Source of the DNA: Leucoraja erinacea
Lineage: Eukaryota
Assembly (NCBI RefSeq): GCF_028641065.1
Contig: NW_026576938.1
Span: 1 to 64,000, forward strand
DNA length: 64,000 bases
Direction of reading: 5' to 3'
In this document: piece after piece, positions 1 to 12,302 of the stretch
Layout of the letters: every line of letters starts with the position of its first letter
Numbering within the stretch: the stretch's first letter is position 1
Program-made: the position numbers and the translations under genes
The notes under the pieces: generated by a model
Database searches by the model: none
What the model was told of the DNA's origin: nothing
What the model saw: the letters and a program-made list of their open reading frames with translations, nothing else

Positions 1-774
1 GATAGGAACAGAATTAGCCCATCAAGTCTACTCCGCCATTCAACCGTGACTGATCTACCTGCCCTAACCCCATTCTCCTGCCTTCTCCCCATACCCCTGA
101 CACCCGTATTAATCAAGATAATATTAAATTCCGTTAATTTTCCTTTAATTAGCCAAAGAAACTCACGAAGTGTGTAGTCTTTCCTGTAAGTTTGATCCTC
201 AGATCAATGGCAGATTTTTCACTAACACTCCTTGCACATTCTTGGTTCTTTGTCCATTCGTGAAATACCCTCAAGCTGTGTCAGCTGGGGTCAGAGTTGG
301 GAAATGTGAACTTTCAGCAGCTCCTAAAGTTCTATGGAATGGTTTCTGTTGTGATGTGAACCATCAGTCCCAATAAATTCAGGAACAAAATCAAGTGTTG
401 GAGCAACTCTGCGGGTTCGGCAACATCTGTGGGGGATTTGGATGGGTGACGTTTCGGGTCGGGAACCTTCTTCAGATTGTTGTTGTGAGGGGTGGGGAGC
501 TGGAAAAGCGATGGAGTTTGACAAAGCCTCATGACAGGCAAAGAATACAGATGAGGGCCGTTTGCCTGGCAGTTGTGTGGACATCGGCTAGAGATGACAA
601 GTGTAGAAAGGGGGTCAGGTAAGAAAAGAGGAGATATATGTTAAGACAGATGGAGGATTAGAGGAGTAAGGGATCTGGGGGAATGGGGAAGAGAGTGGGT
701 TAGTGTGAAAAGTGGAAGCTCATTAAGCTGGGCACATGGAAGAAATGGGGTAATGGGGAGAGAGATGGTGTAAC

Positions 775-1110
775 CTAACATTGGAGATGTCAATGTTCAT
801 TCTGCTGTGTTGTAAACTACCCGAGCGGAATATGAGGTGCTGATCCTCCATTTAGCGTGTGACCTCACTCTGTCAATGGAGGAGGCCCAGGACTGGAAGA
901 ACCATATGGAAATGAGAAGTGGAGTTGGAATGTTTAGTAACCGGGATGTTCCGCAGATCTGGGTCACTTAGTCTACGCTTGGTCTCGATGATGTACAGGA
1001 GGGGGCCGAACCGAAGCGTCACCAATCCACATCCTCGTGAAACGCTGCCTGCTACGCCGTGTTCCAGCACTTTGTGTTTTATATAAGATGGCATTTTGCA
1101 TTTCTTGTAT
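775..1110 (-). mobile_element. Degenerate Penelope-like fragment
   Basis: LLYIIETKRRL...PVTKHSNSTSH..VLGLLH on the - strand. Confidence 0.65.
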
Positions 1111-1146
1111 CTCAATGAATTGAGCTTTGTGTTTTATTTATTTCAG

Positions 1147-1445
1147 GATGAAGCTGGTCGGGAGAGCAGGTAGGACATGCTCTTGACTGAAACTCTGTGT
1201 GGATGTGTAATGTAACACCAATGACATGCTCAATGTATCACCATGTGTTTACTGTTTGCAGTGCAAGTGTTGATACTGAATCGTTGTCAGTGACAGACGC
1301 TGCCCCGGCCTTTGAAACGTTCTATCGCCCCTTTGTGTTGAGCACAATGATAACAGAAATATCTGATGCCATTAAGCGGTGTAGCTTTTCACCTTACGGT
1401 AAAAATATTGAATTATCTGGTTTTTTTTAAACTAACATAACCCCC

Positions 1446-1476
<31 letters not shown>

Positions 1477-3935
1477 ACACACGCACACCTTCTTCCTCCA
1501 TCCCCCACCCCATTCTCCTGCAGCTTCTTGCCCCCCCCCCCCCCCCCCCCACCGTAATTTCCCTGTACCTCACCTGCACTCGTATCCATTTCTCCCCTCC
1601 ACCACATCCTCCACCACATCCTCCACCGCATCCTCCACCACATCCTCCACCTCATGGACATCTCTACCTCGGGCTTCACGAGTCACACCCCCTTCCATCC
1701 TTATCTCACACCGTTTGTCCTTTCATCCCTGACATTCATCCAACAATTGGCCTATCAAAACAATCCTCTCGCTGGTATCCGCCGCTCACTTGTGTTGGGT
1801 GGAGATAGAATCCCACCACTAGGCACAACTTCTCATCCTCACCCCTTTCCGCTTTCCGCAGACTGTTCCCTCTGCAACTTCCTGTTTCACTCGTCCCTTC
1901 CCACCCAAACCACCGTCTCTCCCTCCCAGCTATTCCCCTCTACAACCGCAGGTGATGCAACACCTGTCCCTATACCTCCTCCCTCCGACTTCGTCCAAAG
2001 ACCACGACAGTCGTTTCAGGTGAGGCCGAGGTTCATTTGCACCTCCTCCACCTCATCTACTGTATCCACTGCATCAGGTGTGGACTCCTGTATATTGTGG
2101 GGTACTGATTGTGGATGATCAGCCATTATCAGATTGAATGGCGGTGCTGGATCGAAAGGCCAAATGGCCTACTCCTGCACCAGTTGTCTATTGTCTATAT
2201 GGCGAGACCAAGTGCAGGCTTGGCGAACACTTCACGGAACACCTCCGCTCTGTCTGCCTAAATATACCAGATCTCCCGGTTGCTAAACACTTTAACTCTC
2301 CCTCCCATTCCCACATTGACATTTCTGTCCTGGGCCTCATCCATTGTCAGTGTGAGGCAAAGCGCAAATTGGAGGAACATTAGCTCATATTTCATTTGCT
2401 TACAACCCAGAGGTATGACTATTAACTTCTCTAAATTCAAGTAACCCTTCCTTTCACTCACTCTATATCCCTCCCCATTCACAGTTCTCCAACCAGTTTG
2501 ACTGTCTCCGATTACATTTTATCTCTGTTTGCTTCGTTGTTACCTTCTCCCAGCCAACATTGATCTATGCTACATTTTCCTTGATCCCCATCCCCTTAAT
2601 AACGTTTTCACACCTTGTACTTCCTTATCTCGGTGTCTCCCTCTCCCCTAACTTCGGTCTCGACCCGAAACGCCACCCATTCCTTCTCTCCATAGATGCT
2701 GCCTGTCCCGCTGAGTTACTCCAGCATTTTGTGTCTATCTTTGAAACAAAACCTATCCATGTTTTGCAAAGATGCTGACCCAGTCTCTATTAATTACTTC
2801 AGCACATTCTCTCTCTTTAGTAAACTTGCATCTGTAATTCATTCTGTTAAATAAAACTGACATAGATTATTTTTTCCTCATTTATCAGACACGTGTGAGT
2901 AACGTGTAGATGCAGAGCTTGTGTGGAATTATGGGCTGAGGGGGAATTGTCGTTTTATTCCAGTAGCAAACGCAGCTGCCGGGAAGATTCACTTTCACAC
3001 AGGCAGCTGGAGATGGGAGATCCCTGAACACAACTGACAGCCGCACCCCTCCCTCTGTCTCACCGCCTCTCAAGAAAACAGGAGCACGTCACCTGGCCCC
3101 TCATGTCCACACTCGTTCAGTATGAACAAGGCGACTCCACCACATCTCTACCTCCTCTTTAACCACCTCTAATCACCACTCTCATCAATCTCCTCTTCCT
3201 ACAATCTCCACCCCACGCCCCCACCCCGCCCCACCACCATTTCCCACCACAACCAGCAAGGGGGAGAAACCCCGGGCAAGGCGTCAGTTGTTCTCCCGCC
3301 GGTGCCTGAGGACCAGCGGCTTCTCCCCCGGTCCCGGGGCCGCGCTGCCCGAGTCTCCCCCCGACCCCCGGGGACTCTCTGATTCTCTGCTTCTCCCCCC
3401 AGTCTCCGTCACCATGGATGTGGAAACAGCGCATGTGCGGCTCGAGGTGTCTGAGGATCGGAAGAGGGTGAGATGGACCCGGACCGTCAGGAGTCTCCCT
3501 GACACCGGGAAGAGGTTTACAGTCAATCCGCGTGTGTTGGGATCGGAGGGATTCACATCGGGGAGACATTACTGGGAGGTGGAGGTGGCGGGGAGTCGGG
3601 ACTGGAGGCTGGGGGTCGCCGCAGAGTCTGTGGAGAGGAAGAGAGATGTCACACCGACCCCGGAGACTGGAGTCTGGAGCATCATGCGGCTGGGTGACGA
3701 GTTTGATGCATTCTCCTCCCCTCCATCCCGTCTCCCCGCCCGTCCCATCCCCGGGAGGGTGGGAGTCTATCTCAGTTACGAGTCCGGGACAGTTTCATTT
3801 TACGACGCGGACACCAAGTCCCATCTCCACACCTTCACTGGGAATAAATTCACGGAGAAACTTTATCCTTTGTACGGTATTTGGGATGAAAACCATTGGC
3901 TCAGAATCTGCTCCGGTTCCGCTCCGGGTATGTAA
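1147..3935 (+). CDS. TRIM-A, partial class IV TRIM (PRY/SPRY) gene: exons 1147-1169, 1262-1398 (or -1380), 3403-3935; RING/B-box/coiled-coil exons not in window
   Basis: AG/GT-bounded 23-nt exon (GATGAAGCTGGTCGGGAGAGCAG), a linker exon, and a 533-nt terminal exon encoding B30.2 (DVETAH...[12 protein letters not shown]...[18 protein letters not shown]...LYP). Exon sizes and phases match TRIM-B. AATAAA at 4082 and 4118. Confidence 0.88.
1599..1650. repeat. 12-bp tandem repeat (CCACCACATCCT) x~4
   Basis: Seen directly. Confidence 0.85.
1815..2740 (+). mobile_element. Penelope-like fragment (with a CR1 tail inserted at ~2100-2195)
   Basis: YGETKCRLGEHFTEHLRSV...PVAKHFNSPSH GIY-YIG motif and terminal repeat sequence. 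Confidence 0.75.
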
Positions 3936-6885
3936 AAGGGTAGGGTCCCGGGACCGGCGTCAGGAGCGGGGCTCAGGGGCTGTGGGGCAGAAACCCGGTG
4001 GACAACAGGTCGGCGCTGAACGAACGGCTCCCATTTAATCCCCAAATTCCGCGTCGTGAAACAAACCCCAGTGAGCGCGGAAATAAAACCGGGGGAATGT
4101 AAATGTGGGAAGAGTGAAATAAACAGCAACTGAAATCAGAACTGTCTGTCTGTCGATCCGTTCATTTTAACGCATTAACCGCGTCCGGCAACGGAACAGA
4201 AATTATATTTGTGAAAATATAAAGATTGAATCAATCTCCCTTCCCGCGGGTTCAGCAGCAGCCGCGGGCGGCGGGTCCTGAGCTCCGGGCTCCCCCGGGT
4301 CCTAAAGTCCGTCGATTCCGATAGCGTGTTTGCAGCATTTGCTCTCCACGCAACAGATTCGTTTTATTCGGAACGGATCTTTGGAAGAATGGGTTCAAAC
4401 CGAATTCCCAGTTGCAGGTGGGAGCCCGTTGTGCTCAGGCGCTGCCTGTCTCTCTGCAGGATAAGTGGATTATTCCTTGTTTCTTTCGCCGCCAGACCCC
4501 TCCCTCAACTCTCTCCCAGATTGTTCACTGGTCCTTCATTGTCACCTGTTCCCTCAGCTACAATGGAATTTGATTTATCATACAGACAACAAAAACAAAA
4601 TGACATAAAAAAATAAAACATAAACAGCCACGTCAGCGTTGTGTGAGAATCCTTAGGCACACAACACGCGCGTAGACCCACAGCCATCAGTCCAATGTCC
4701 GGGACAAACACGCATTCACCGCGATGTGGCCAGTGATTCACCAACCGCTTAGTTCTCTCTGCAGTCCCTGTCCGCCCGAACAGTCACAAAGCCTCTGCCC
4801 CCGCACCAGACTCCAGGACGCCCCCGTGGCGCGACGTCCCCGTAAACACCGACACCACCGCGCTCACAGCACTCCCTCTGAATCCCCACCAGTGCAGGCA
4901 GTATCTACCTTTCTTTCGGTGACCTCGCACTCCTCACTGCGATGGAAGATGAATAACATTTACCTTCTTCCTCCTTATCTCCCGCGGTCGTGGCGATCGA
5001 ATCGCCCGCAGTCGGTGCGATGAAACTCCTGCAGCTGGAGGTCCCGAAGATGATCCCTAACAAAGGGACCGCCAGATCCACGATGTGTGGCAGCAGTGCG
5101 GACGGAGATACGATCGGAAAAAAGTCTCATGCCGTCGGAGGAAGAGAGTTAAACACGTTTCCCCATCCCCCCGTCTCCCACACACTACAAAAAAACAAAG
5201 GTCAAGTAAAACATACAAATAAAACGGACTAAAAAGCAACAAAGAAGAAATGGACAAGACATACTGTTGGCGAGGCTGTTTCTCACGGAGCCACCCGGTA
5301 CATCATGTCTGTATCGGTGCTGCTTCCTACTCTCGTTCACCGCTTTAACGCTTCATTCCCTCACTGCCAGTCTCCAACCAGCTCCCACTTTCCTCTGCTC
5401 GAGCCCCGACTCTTCCCTTCACTTTCTCGCCGTCTCTGTTTACATTTACACGAAGTCCTCGCATTTCTTTTAGGAAACCCCAAAGTATTCTACAGGCGTA
5501 AATCGATTTAAAATGCAGATATGAATGGGAACGGAATTGCAGGAATGAATTCGCAGACAGAAATATTCACAGAGTTTAAAAGCAAGTTATACTGTCCAAA
5601 TATATTTAGTATTATTTCAGTTGCAGTATTAGAAGCACCAGGTACATAAATCGGAAAAAACAATATTTTTATTCGGTTCTTGTGAATGTGACCGGTCATG
5701 CGATTTGTCCAAATTCAGCCAGAGGGGATTACATTTCTCTATTGCATTCATCTATTAATATATAATATTGTAGGCAGTTTGAAGTTCTTCCCTTCGCTTT
5801 CCCGCCGTCTCCATTTCAGAGAAAACGCGAGTGACCAAAGTCCATGCCAAGCCCGCGGACGCCATCGGCTACTTCGTCTATCCACTACCCCTATTTGCGC
5901 ATCGAAATGGAATATTCCCTCCAAGATCGAGTGCGTACAGCAACAACCCGCTTACATTTACACAATGTTCTCGCATCTCTTTTAGACCACAAAGTGCTTT
6001 ACTGGTGGAATTCTCTTTGAAGTGCAGCCAGGAATGGCAACTGAAATGCAGGAGTCAATTTACAGACAGGGACATTCACAAACAGAGTTTAAAAGCAAGC
6101 TATACTGTCCAAAGCGAGTTGTGTTTATTTAAATTGGAGTATTAGAAGCACCAAGCACATCATTCAAATAAACACAATCTTTCTATTCGGTTCTTATAAA
6201 TGTTACTGGTCGTGTGAATTATCCAACTACAACAGGGTATTAAATGTATCTGTTGTATTAATCTACTGACCTACAATATTGTAAATGGGTTTGATTTCAA
6301 TGAACCAACACCTTTTACATATTTTCCTCTGATTATCTGCCTGTTTCTCCCTTCTTTCACCCAATCCATCAGGTGAAATTTTAATCGCCGCCCTCAGCCC
6401 AAGAGAGAGAAATAGTCATGAGTTGTTAATTGTCATATGTAACTGGGCGGAGTAATGACATTCTTACTTGTCCTTAACCTGAGTTTACATCTATATCAGT
6501 CCTCACAACATTCCCTCCTTAAACTGCGGAACACACTTCTGTTCCTGACTCCAATGTTAGTAAATAATCCTCGCTCCTCATTCAAGGAATGTTGCCATTC
6601 CATCCCCCATGTCCGTAATCTTCCAGATTTGTAATCAGCTTTCCCAACTCCCAACTAAGTGGATTGCAAAATCTCTGACTCAGAGTATTTTGCCTGAGCC
6701 CAGACCTCTGTTGTGTGGGTGGACAAAGCTGTGATAGTCAAGTGGGCTTGGGATGGGTCCGCAGTTGGTCAGGCAGGATCTGTGGAGAGAGGACATGAGT
6801 TCGCATCCCGAGTCTCTGGTCGAGATTTGCCCTGACCCTGTCAGTCCCGCTGCACATAAAATAATACTGTTATTGATGTTGTTGG

Positions 6886-7175
6886 GAATATGAGGCACTG
6901 TTCCTCCAGTTTGTGTATGGCCTCACTCTGGCAACGGAGAAGGCCCAGGACAGAAAGGTCAACGTGGGAATGGGAAGACGAGTTAAAATGGTTGGCATCC
7001 GGCAGCCCTTGGCGGACCGAGTGCAAGTGTTCAGCCAAATGGTCGGCGACTCTGGACTTTCACACGAATGTGCACCAGGCGTCACCAGGAATACAGGATG
7101 CAGTAGATGAGGTGACCGTGAACCTCTGTCTCATTTGGAAGGATGGCTGTGATCCCTGATGGTGGTGAGGGGGAA
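6886..7175 (-). mobile_element. Penelope-like fragment
   Basis: AEHLHSVRQGLP..ANHFNSSSHSH..HKLEEQCLIF. Confidence 0.7.
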
Positions 7176-7409
7176 GGTACTATAAATGTAGTCAGTTCAG
7201 GTGTTCAGTTTAGTTTATTGTCACGTGTACCGAGCTACAGGGAAAAGCTCTTGTTGCGTGCGATCCAGTTAGCAGAAAATCAAGTCACATCCAATGTATA
7301 GATACATTATAACGGAAGAACGTTTAGTGCAAAGCAAAGCCGGCAAAGTCCGATCAAGTACAGTCCGACGGTCACCAAAGAGACTGATAGTAGTTCAGCA
7401 CCGCTCATC

Positions 7410-7795
7410 AGGTGCAGGAGTAGTTCATTCGGCCCTTCGAGAGAGCACCGCCATTTAATATTATCATTGCTGATCATCCAAAATCAGTTCCCTGTTCCTG
7501 CTTTCTCCCGATATCCCGTGATTCCGTTAACCCTAAGAGCTATATCTAACTCTCTCTTTAATACACCTAGTGAATTAGCCTCTACTGCCTTCTGTGGGTG
7601 AAAACCTTCTCCCTTGTCTCAGTCCTATATGACCCACCCCTTATTCTCCAACTGTGACCCCTGGTTCTGGTTTATCGGGAGAACATGTTCCTGCATCTAG
7701 CCTGTCCTATCCGCTAAAATAAATATATATTTCTATGAAATACCCTCTCATCCTTCTAAATTCCAGTGGATATTAGCCCAGTCGATCCATTCTCG
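7410..7795 (-). mobile_element. Degenerate CR1 3' fragment
   Basis: Similar to the reverse complement of the CR1 3' ends elsewhere in the window. Confidence 0.7.
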
Positions 7796-9424
7796 ATAAC
7801 ACGTTCTCTAAAACTATCCTACACACTAGGGACAATTGTTTTAACTAATGTTAGTCTCATCTCAAACTGACTAACCATTAGAACTGAGACGAGGACAAAC
7901 GTTATCACCCAGGGAGCTGAGTGAATTTGTGAAATTATCTTCCCCAGAAGGCAATGGAGGCCGATTCGCTGGATAGAGCTCTTAGGGCTCGAGGAATCAA
8001 GGGGTATGGAGAGCAGGCAGGAACGGGGTACTGATTGTGGATGATTAGCCATGATAACATTGAATGTCAGTGTTGGCTCCAAGGGTCGAATGGCCTAATC
8101 TTGCACCATTTTCTATATGTCTGTGTACCCATGCTACCTACGCACACATTCAAATCGTTTACATTAAAAAAAACAGTTGAGCCAGCACCGAGCCCTGCGG
8201 CAAACCATCTGCCGACTGTCTCCATTCTGAGGAGCAACCCTCTACCATCGCCATCGGAATCCGACTTTCAGACAAATTTTGTATCCCATTTGGCTTGTTG
8301 AAAGCGTGAAAACGCACACCTCCAGATTCAGGGACAGTTTCTTCCAAGCTGTCATCAGGCAACTGAATCATCCTACCACAACCAGAGAGCAGTGCTGAAC
8401 TACTATCTACCTCATTGGTAATCTGCATCACACAACAGTCTGTCTTTTCGTCTTTTTTTTTTGTTGTTGCTGTTTTCAGTATGTTTTAAAATTATGGGTT
8501 AATCTTCTCTGTTGTGTTTTATGTGGAGGATGGGGGTGGGGGTGGGGGTCGGGGGAATATTTTTTCAATCTCTTATCTTGCCGGAGATGCGATTGTTTTC
8601 CGGGTCATATATCCGGTCGGTCTGCGGCCTAACATCATGGAGCTGGCGGCCTTGATTATGATGATGATACACTGTAATGTCTCGATTGTAATCATGCATT
8701 GTCTTTCCGCTGTCTGGAGTGGACGCAACTAGAGCTTTTCACTGTACCTGATTTTAAAACCAAGCTCCAAAGTCCAAACAGTTTGGGGTGTATTTCATTT
8801 AAACACTGAAAGCACCAAGGCAAGAAATTCGAATAAATAAACTTTTCTATTAGGTTCTTGTGCATTTTACTGGTCGTGCGAATTATCCAAATTCAACAAA
8901 TGGGGATTAAATGTATCTCTTGCATCAATCTATTACTGTATCAATGTTTAGGGGGTCTTTACCCTCAAAGAGGTTCCACCTTCAGCTTCCGTTAATACTT
9001 CTTGACCAACTTTATTCTACCAGAAGTTACACAAAATGCTGGAGATGATCCCGGGCTGTGAACGGAGATGCGGGCGGGGGGTTCCACTGCCCAACAGGTG
9101 CAACACCTGTTCAGGTGACACCCGAGGCTTCCTTAGCGCCGGGCCCCGTCTGAAGAAGAATTTCGGCCCGAAACGTCACCTATTTCCTTCGCTCCATAGA
9201 TGCTGCTGCACCCGCTGAGTTTCTCCAACATTTTTGTGTACCTTCGATCTTCCAGCATCTGCAGTTCCTTCTTGAACACTAATTCTACCAGAAGTTCACT
9301 TCTCGCTCCTGCATTGAGGGTCTCTCCACTATTCCACCTCATGCATGTGCCGTGTCTGCAGACTCTTGGGTCCCAGTGAATTCTGGACATCAACAACGAT
9401 GAACCAAGCATTATAAATTATTAT

Positions 9425-9815
9425 ATAAGTAAGTAAGTAAGTTTATTAGCCAAGTATTCACATACAAGGAATTTGCCTTGGTGCTCCGCCCACAAGTAAC
9501 AACATGACATACAGTGACAGTTACGAATGACTCAGAAAACACTAAACATTAATAATAATACAACATTAATGATAAAACACCATTGATCAAGCCGGTGAAC
9601 CAACAAAATACCAGATCAAAGGGAGGCTACAGATTTTTGGTTGTAGAGTAGAGCAACAACGTGGATAAAAACTGTTTTTATGTCTGGCTGTGGCAGCTTT
9701 GACAGTCCGGAGTCGCCTTCCAGAGGGAAGTGATTCAAATAGATTGTGGCCAGGGTGAGAGGGTGTCAGAGATGATCTTACCCGCACGCTTCCTGGCCCT
9801 TGCAGTGTACAGTTC
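9425..9815 (-). mobile_element. Rex1/Babar-like LINE 3' end (related copies at 28141-28431, ~54945-55155, ~61545-61795)
   Basis: SHPGHNLFESLPSGRRLRTVKAATARHKNSFYP motif; (TAAG)n tail on +. Confidence 0.72.
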
Positions 9816-12006
9816 ATTAATGCAGGGAATATTAACCAATAGAGGGAATGGGGGGAATATGGGGGGACAATGGAGGGAATATATTAAACAAATCGCATGC
9901 TTGTAAAACTTCAAAAGAGCAGAATATGTTTTTAAAATATGCTTCATGTCAAGAAGGTTGGTACAAATTTAATACACGCAACCTCATGCATGTCAGGAAG
10001 TTCAGTTCGCTGCAGTGCCGCTTTCAACTGATGCCGAGCTGTCTAAATGTTTACGCGGCGCAGGGTCCCCACCTGCTGGTAAAACCCGATACTGCGGAAT
10101 CGGCCGATATATGAACCCATTGCCCGTGGGGATGGTGAATCTGGGACAGAGAGAATGAACAGATTGCGATGCTGGAGGCCGGCATCGACGTGGGAGCAGC
10201 GGCGGTGACTGAGACACAATCCGGCATGACGAGAGAAACGAACAGGAGAGACCTCAAGAGCTACCTGGTTGTCTAACGTGAGTAATACATTGTGCTATTA
10301 TTTGCATTGTTTCATCATCAACTTCACAAGTTAATAAAATACTGTTCTTAATAAACAAAACTTAACCTTCTTATTAAGGAATTAATGTAAGTCGGTGATC
10401 AATGTATAAGGGTGTAGATGTCGCTGCAAGACCAGCATTTATTGCACATCACTAATTGCCCTCTGAGTTGATCGCTCGGACATTTCCAAGGACATTTGAT
10501 CTTCAACCACTTTGAACGAGTTGGATCTTCTTGAAACAAAATAAGAGTGTTGCGGTGATTGTATTTCAACAGTTTATTTATTTCTAGCATTTGAGGTGAT
10601 TAACTGTATTTACGGTGGGGGGGAAATATTTAAAATTGTGTCCCTGGATTGTGCCACTGATTACAATCAAGTCAAACTCCAGTACAATAGATAGGGAAAA
10701 GGGACAGTTCCACTGTGCAGCGTATAGTTCTCAGCATTGCAGCGTCACAACCCGCTAACATTTATACAATGTCCTCACATCTCGTTTCGGAGACCACAGA
10801 GTGCTTTACCTGCGTAAATCACATTGAAGTGCAGCCAGTAATGGCAACGGGAATCCAGAACCTCATCAATGAAACTGGCCCAATGAGTGAGTGACGTTTC
10901 GGGTCGAGCCCCTTCTTCAGACCGAGAGTCAGGGGAAAGGGAAGCGAGATATCTAGATGGTGATATAATGAGATGTAGAACAAAATGTGAAAGAGTCCGA
11001 ATGAGGGTCACCCATTCCTTCTCTCCTGAGACGCTGCATGTCCTGCTGAGATACTCCAGCATTTTGTAACTGTCTTCGATTTAAACCAGCATCTGCAGTT
11101 CCTTCCTACTTCATCAGGAGGTTATGTTGAATCTGTATAAAACACAGGTTTGGACCCAACTGGTGCATCAAGCTGATTTCGGGTCACCAAACTTAATGAA
11201 TGAAGCGAGGATAATCGGGAGGGCGCAGGAGGTATTCACTGGAATGGTTTCAAGTATGAGGAGATTCGGTTCGTGGGTGAGGCTGGAGAAGCGGGTGCAG
11301 GTTCTCTGTGGAGAAGGGAATTTGAAAGCTTTCACAGAGGGTTCAAGCTCGGGTCCGGTGTGGAGAGGGGGAATGGGGAGCAGGGGGTCTGGGTCTTTCC
11401 CATGTGAGCGAGGTTCAAATGGGCACAGATTTGAGAGAGAGAAGCAACAAGGGAAATAAGTCTCGGAGTGTAGGAAGGAATTGCAGATGCTGATTTGAAT
11501 CGAAGATGGACACATCATGCTGGAGTTACTCAGCGGGACAGGCAGCATCTCTGGAGAGAAGGAATGGGTGACATTTCGGGTAGAGACGGACTCCAGTATT
11601 TTGGGCCTATCTAAGGGGAATAAGGCTTTCCAGTTTAGTTTATTGTCCCGTGTTTCGAGGTACAGTGAAATACTTTTGTTGCGCGCTATCCAGTCAGCAG
11701 AAAGACAATACATGATTACAATCGAGCCACTTACAGTGTACAGATACTCGATGATGGAATAACGTTTAGTGCAAGGTTAAACCAGCAAAGTCTGATCATA
11801 GTTAAAGTGAGAAATGTTGAGGTGGGAGTAGAGATTTAAGAGTGTGGGGCGATTGTAATATGTGATTGTAGATCTGCATCGCACGCAAATAGACGCCTTG
11901 GTTGGGCGCCATCTCGGAAGCATTAGAATGACCTGCAGGGGCGGGAGGAAATGCTGCCAATTGGGCTTTCGAATCAGAGTGTTCCGTGTTCCACTCTCAC
12001 TGATTC

Positions 12007-12230
12007 CACGGTGGCGCAGCGGTAGAGTCGCTGCCTTGCAGCGCTTGCAGCGCCAGAGACCCGGGTTCGATCCAAACTACGGGTGCTGTCTCTATGTTCA
12101 ACCCCGTGACCGCGAACTTTTTCTTTGAGATCTTCGGTTTCCTCCCACACTCTAAAGACGTCCAGCTATGTAGGTTAATTTACTTGGTTGATGTGTAAAA
12201 TTGTCCCTAGTGTGTACAGGATAGTGTTCA
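12007..12230 (+). mobile_element. HE1-type tRNA-derived SINE
   Basis: A box (GTGGCGCAGCGGTAG), B box (GGTTCGATCC) and V-SINE-type core (GGTTTCCTCCCACA). Confidence 0.8.
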
Positions 12231-12244
12231 TATTCAGCCTCACG

Positions 12245-12302
12245 AATAGAATAGAATAGAATAGAATAGAATAGAATAGAATAGAATAGAATAGAATAGA
12301 AT
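12245..12302. repeat. (AATAG)n microsatellite
   Basis: About 11 perfect pentamer copies. Confidence 0.95.

Noticed and set aside
3288-3402. Upstream extensions of the SPRY ORFs (also 21665-21773) as stand-alone B30.2 genes
   Set aside because: These are intron sequence ending in a polypyrimidine tract and AG; phase-compatible upstream exons exist.
6680-6898. RING-like peptide GCELMSSLHRSCLTNC on the - strand
   Set aside because: Zinc-ligand spacing is wrong, and the DNA resembles a decayed Penelope terminal repeat (CTCTCCACAGATCCTGCCTGACC).
12007-12080. tRNA gene (also 13755-13830)
   Set aside because: A/B boxes continue into a SINE core and tail, with no proper cloverleaf.
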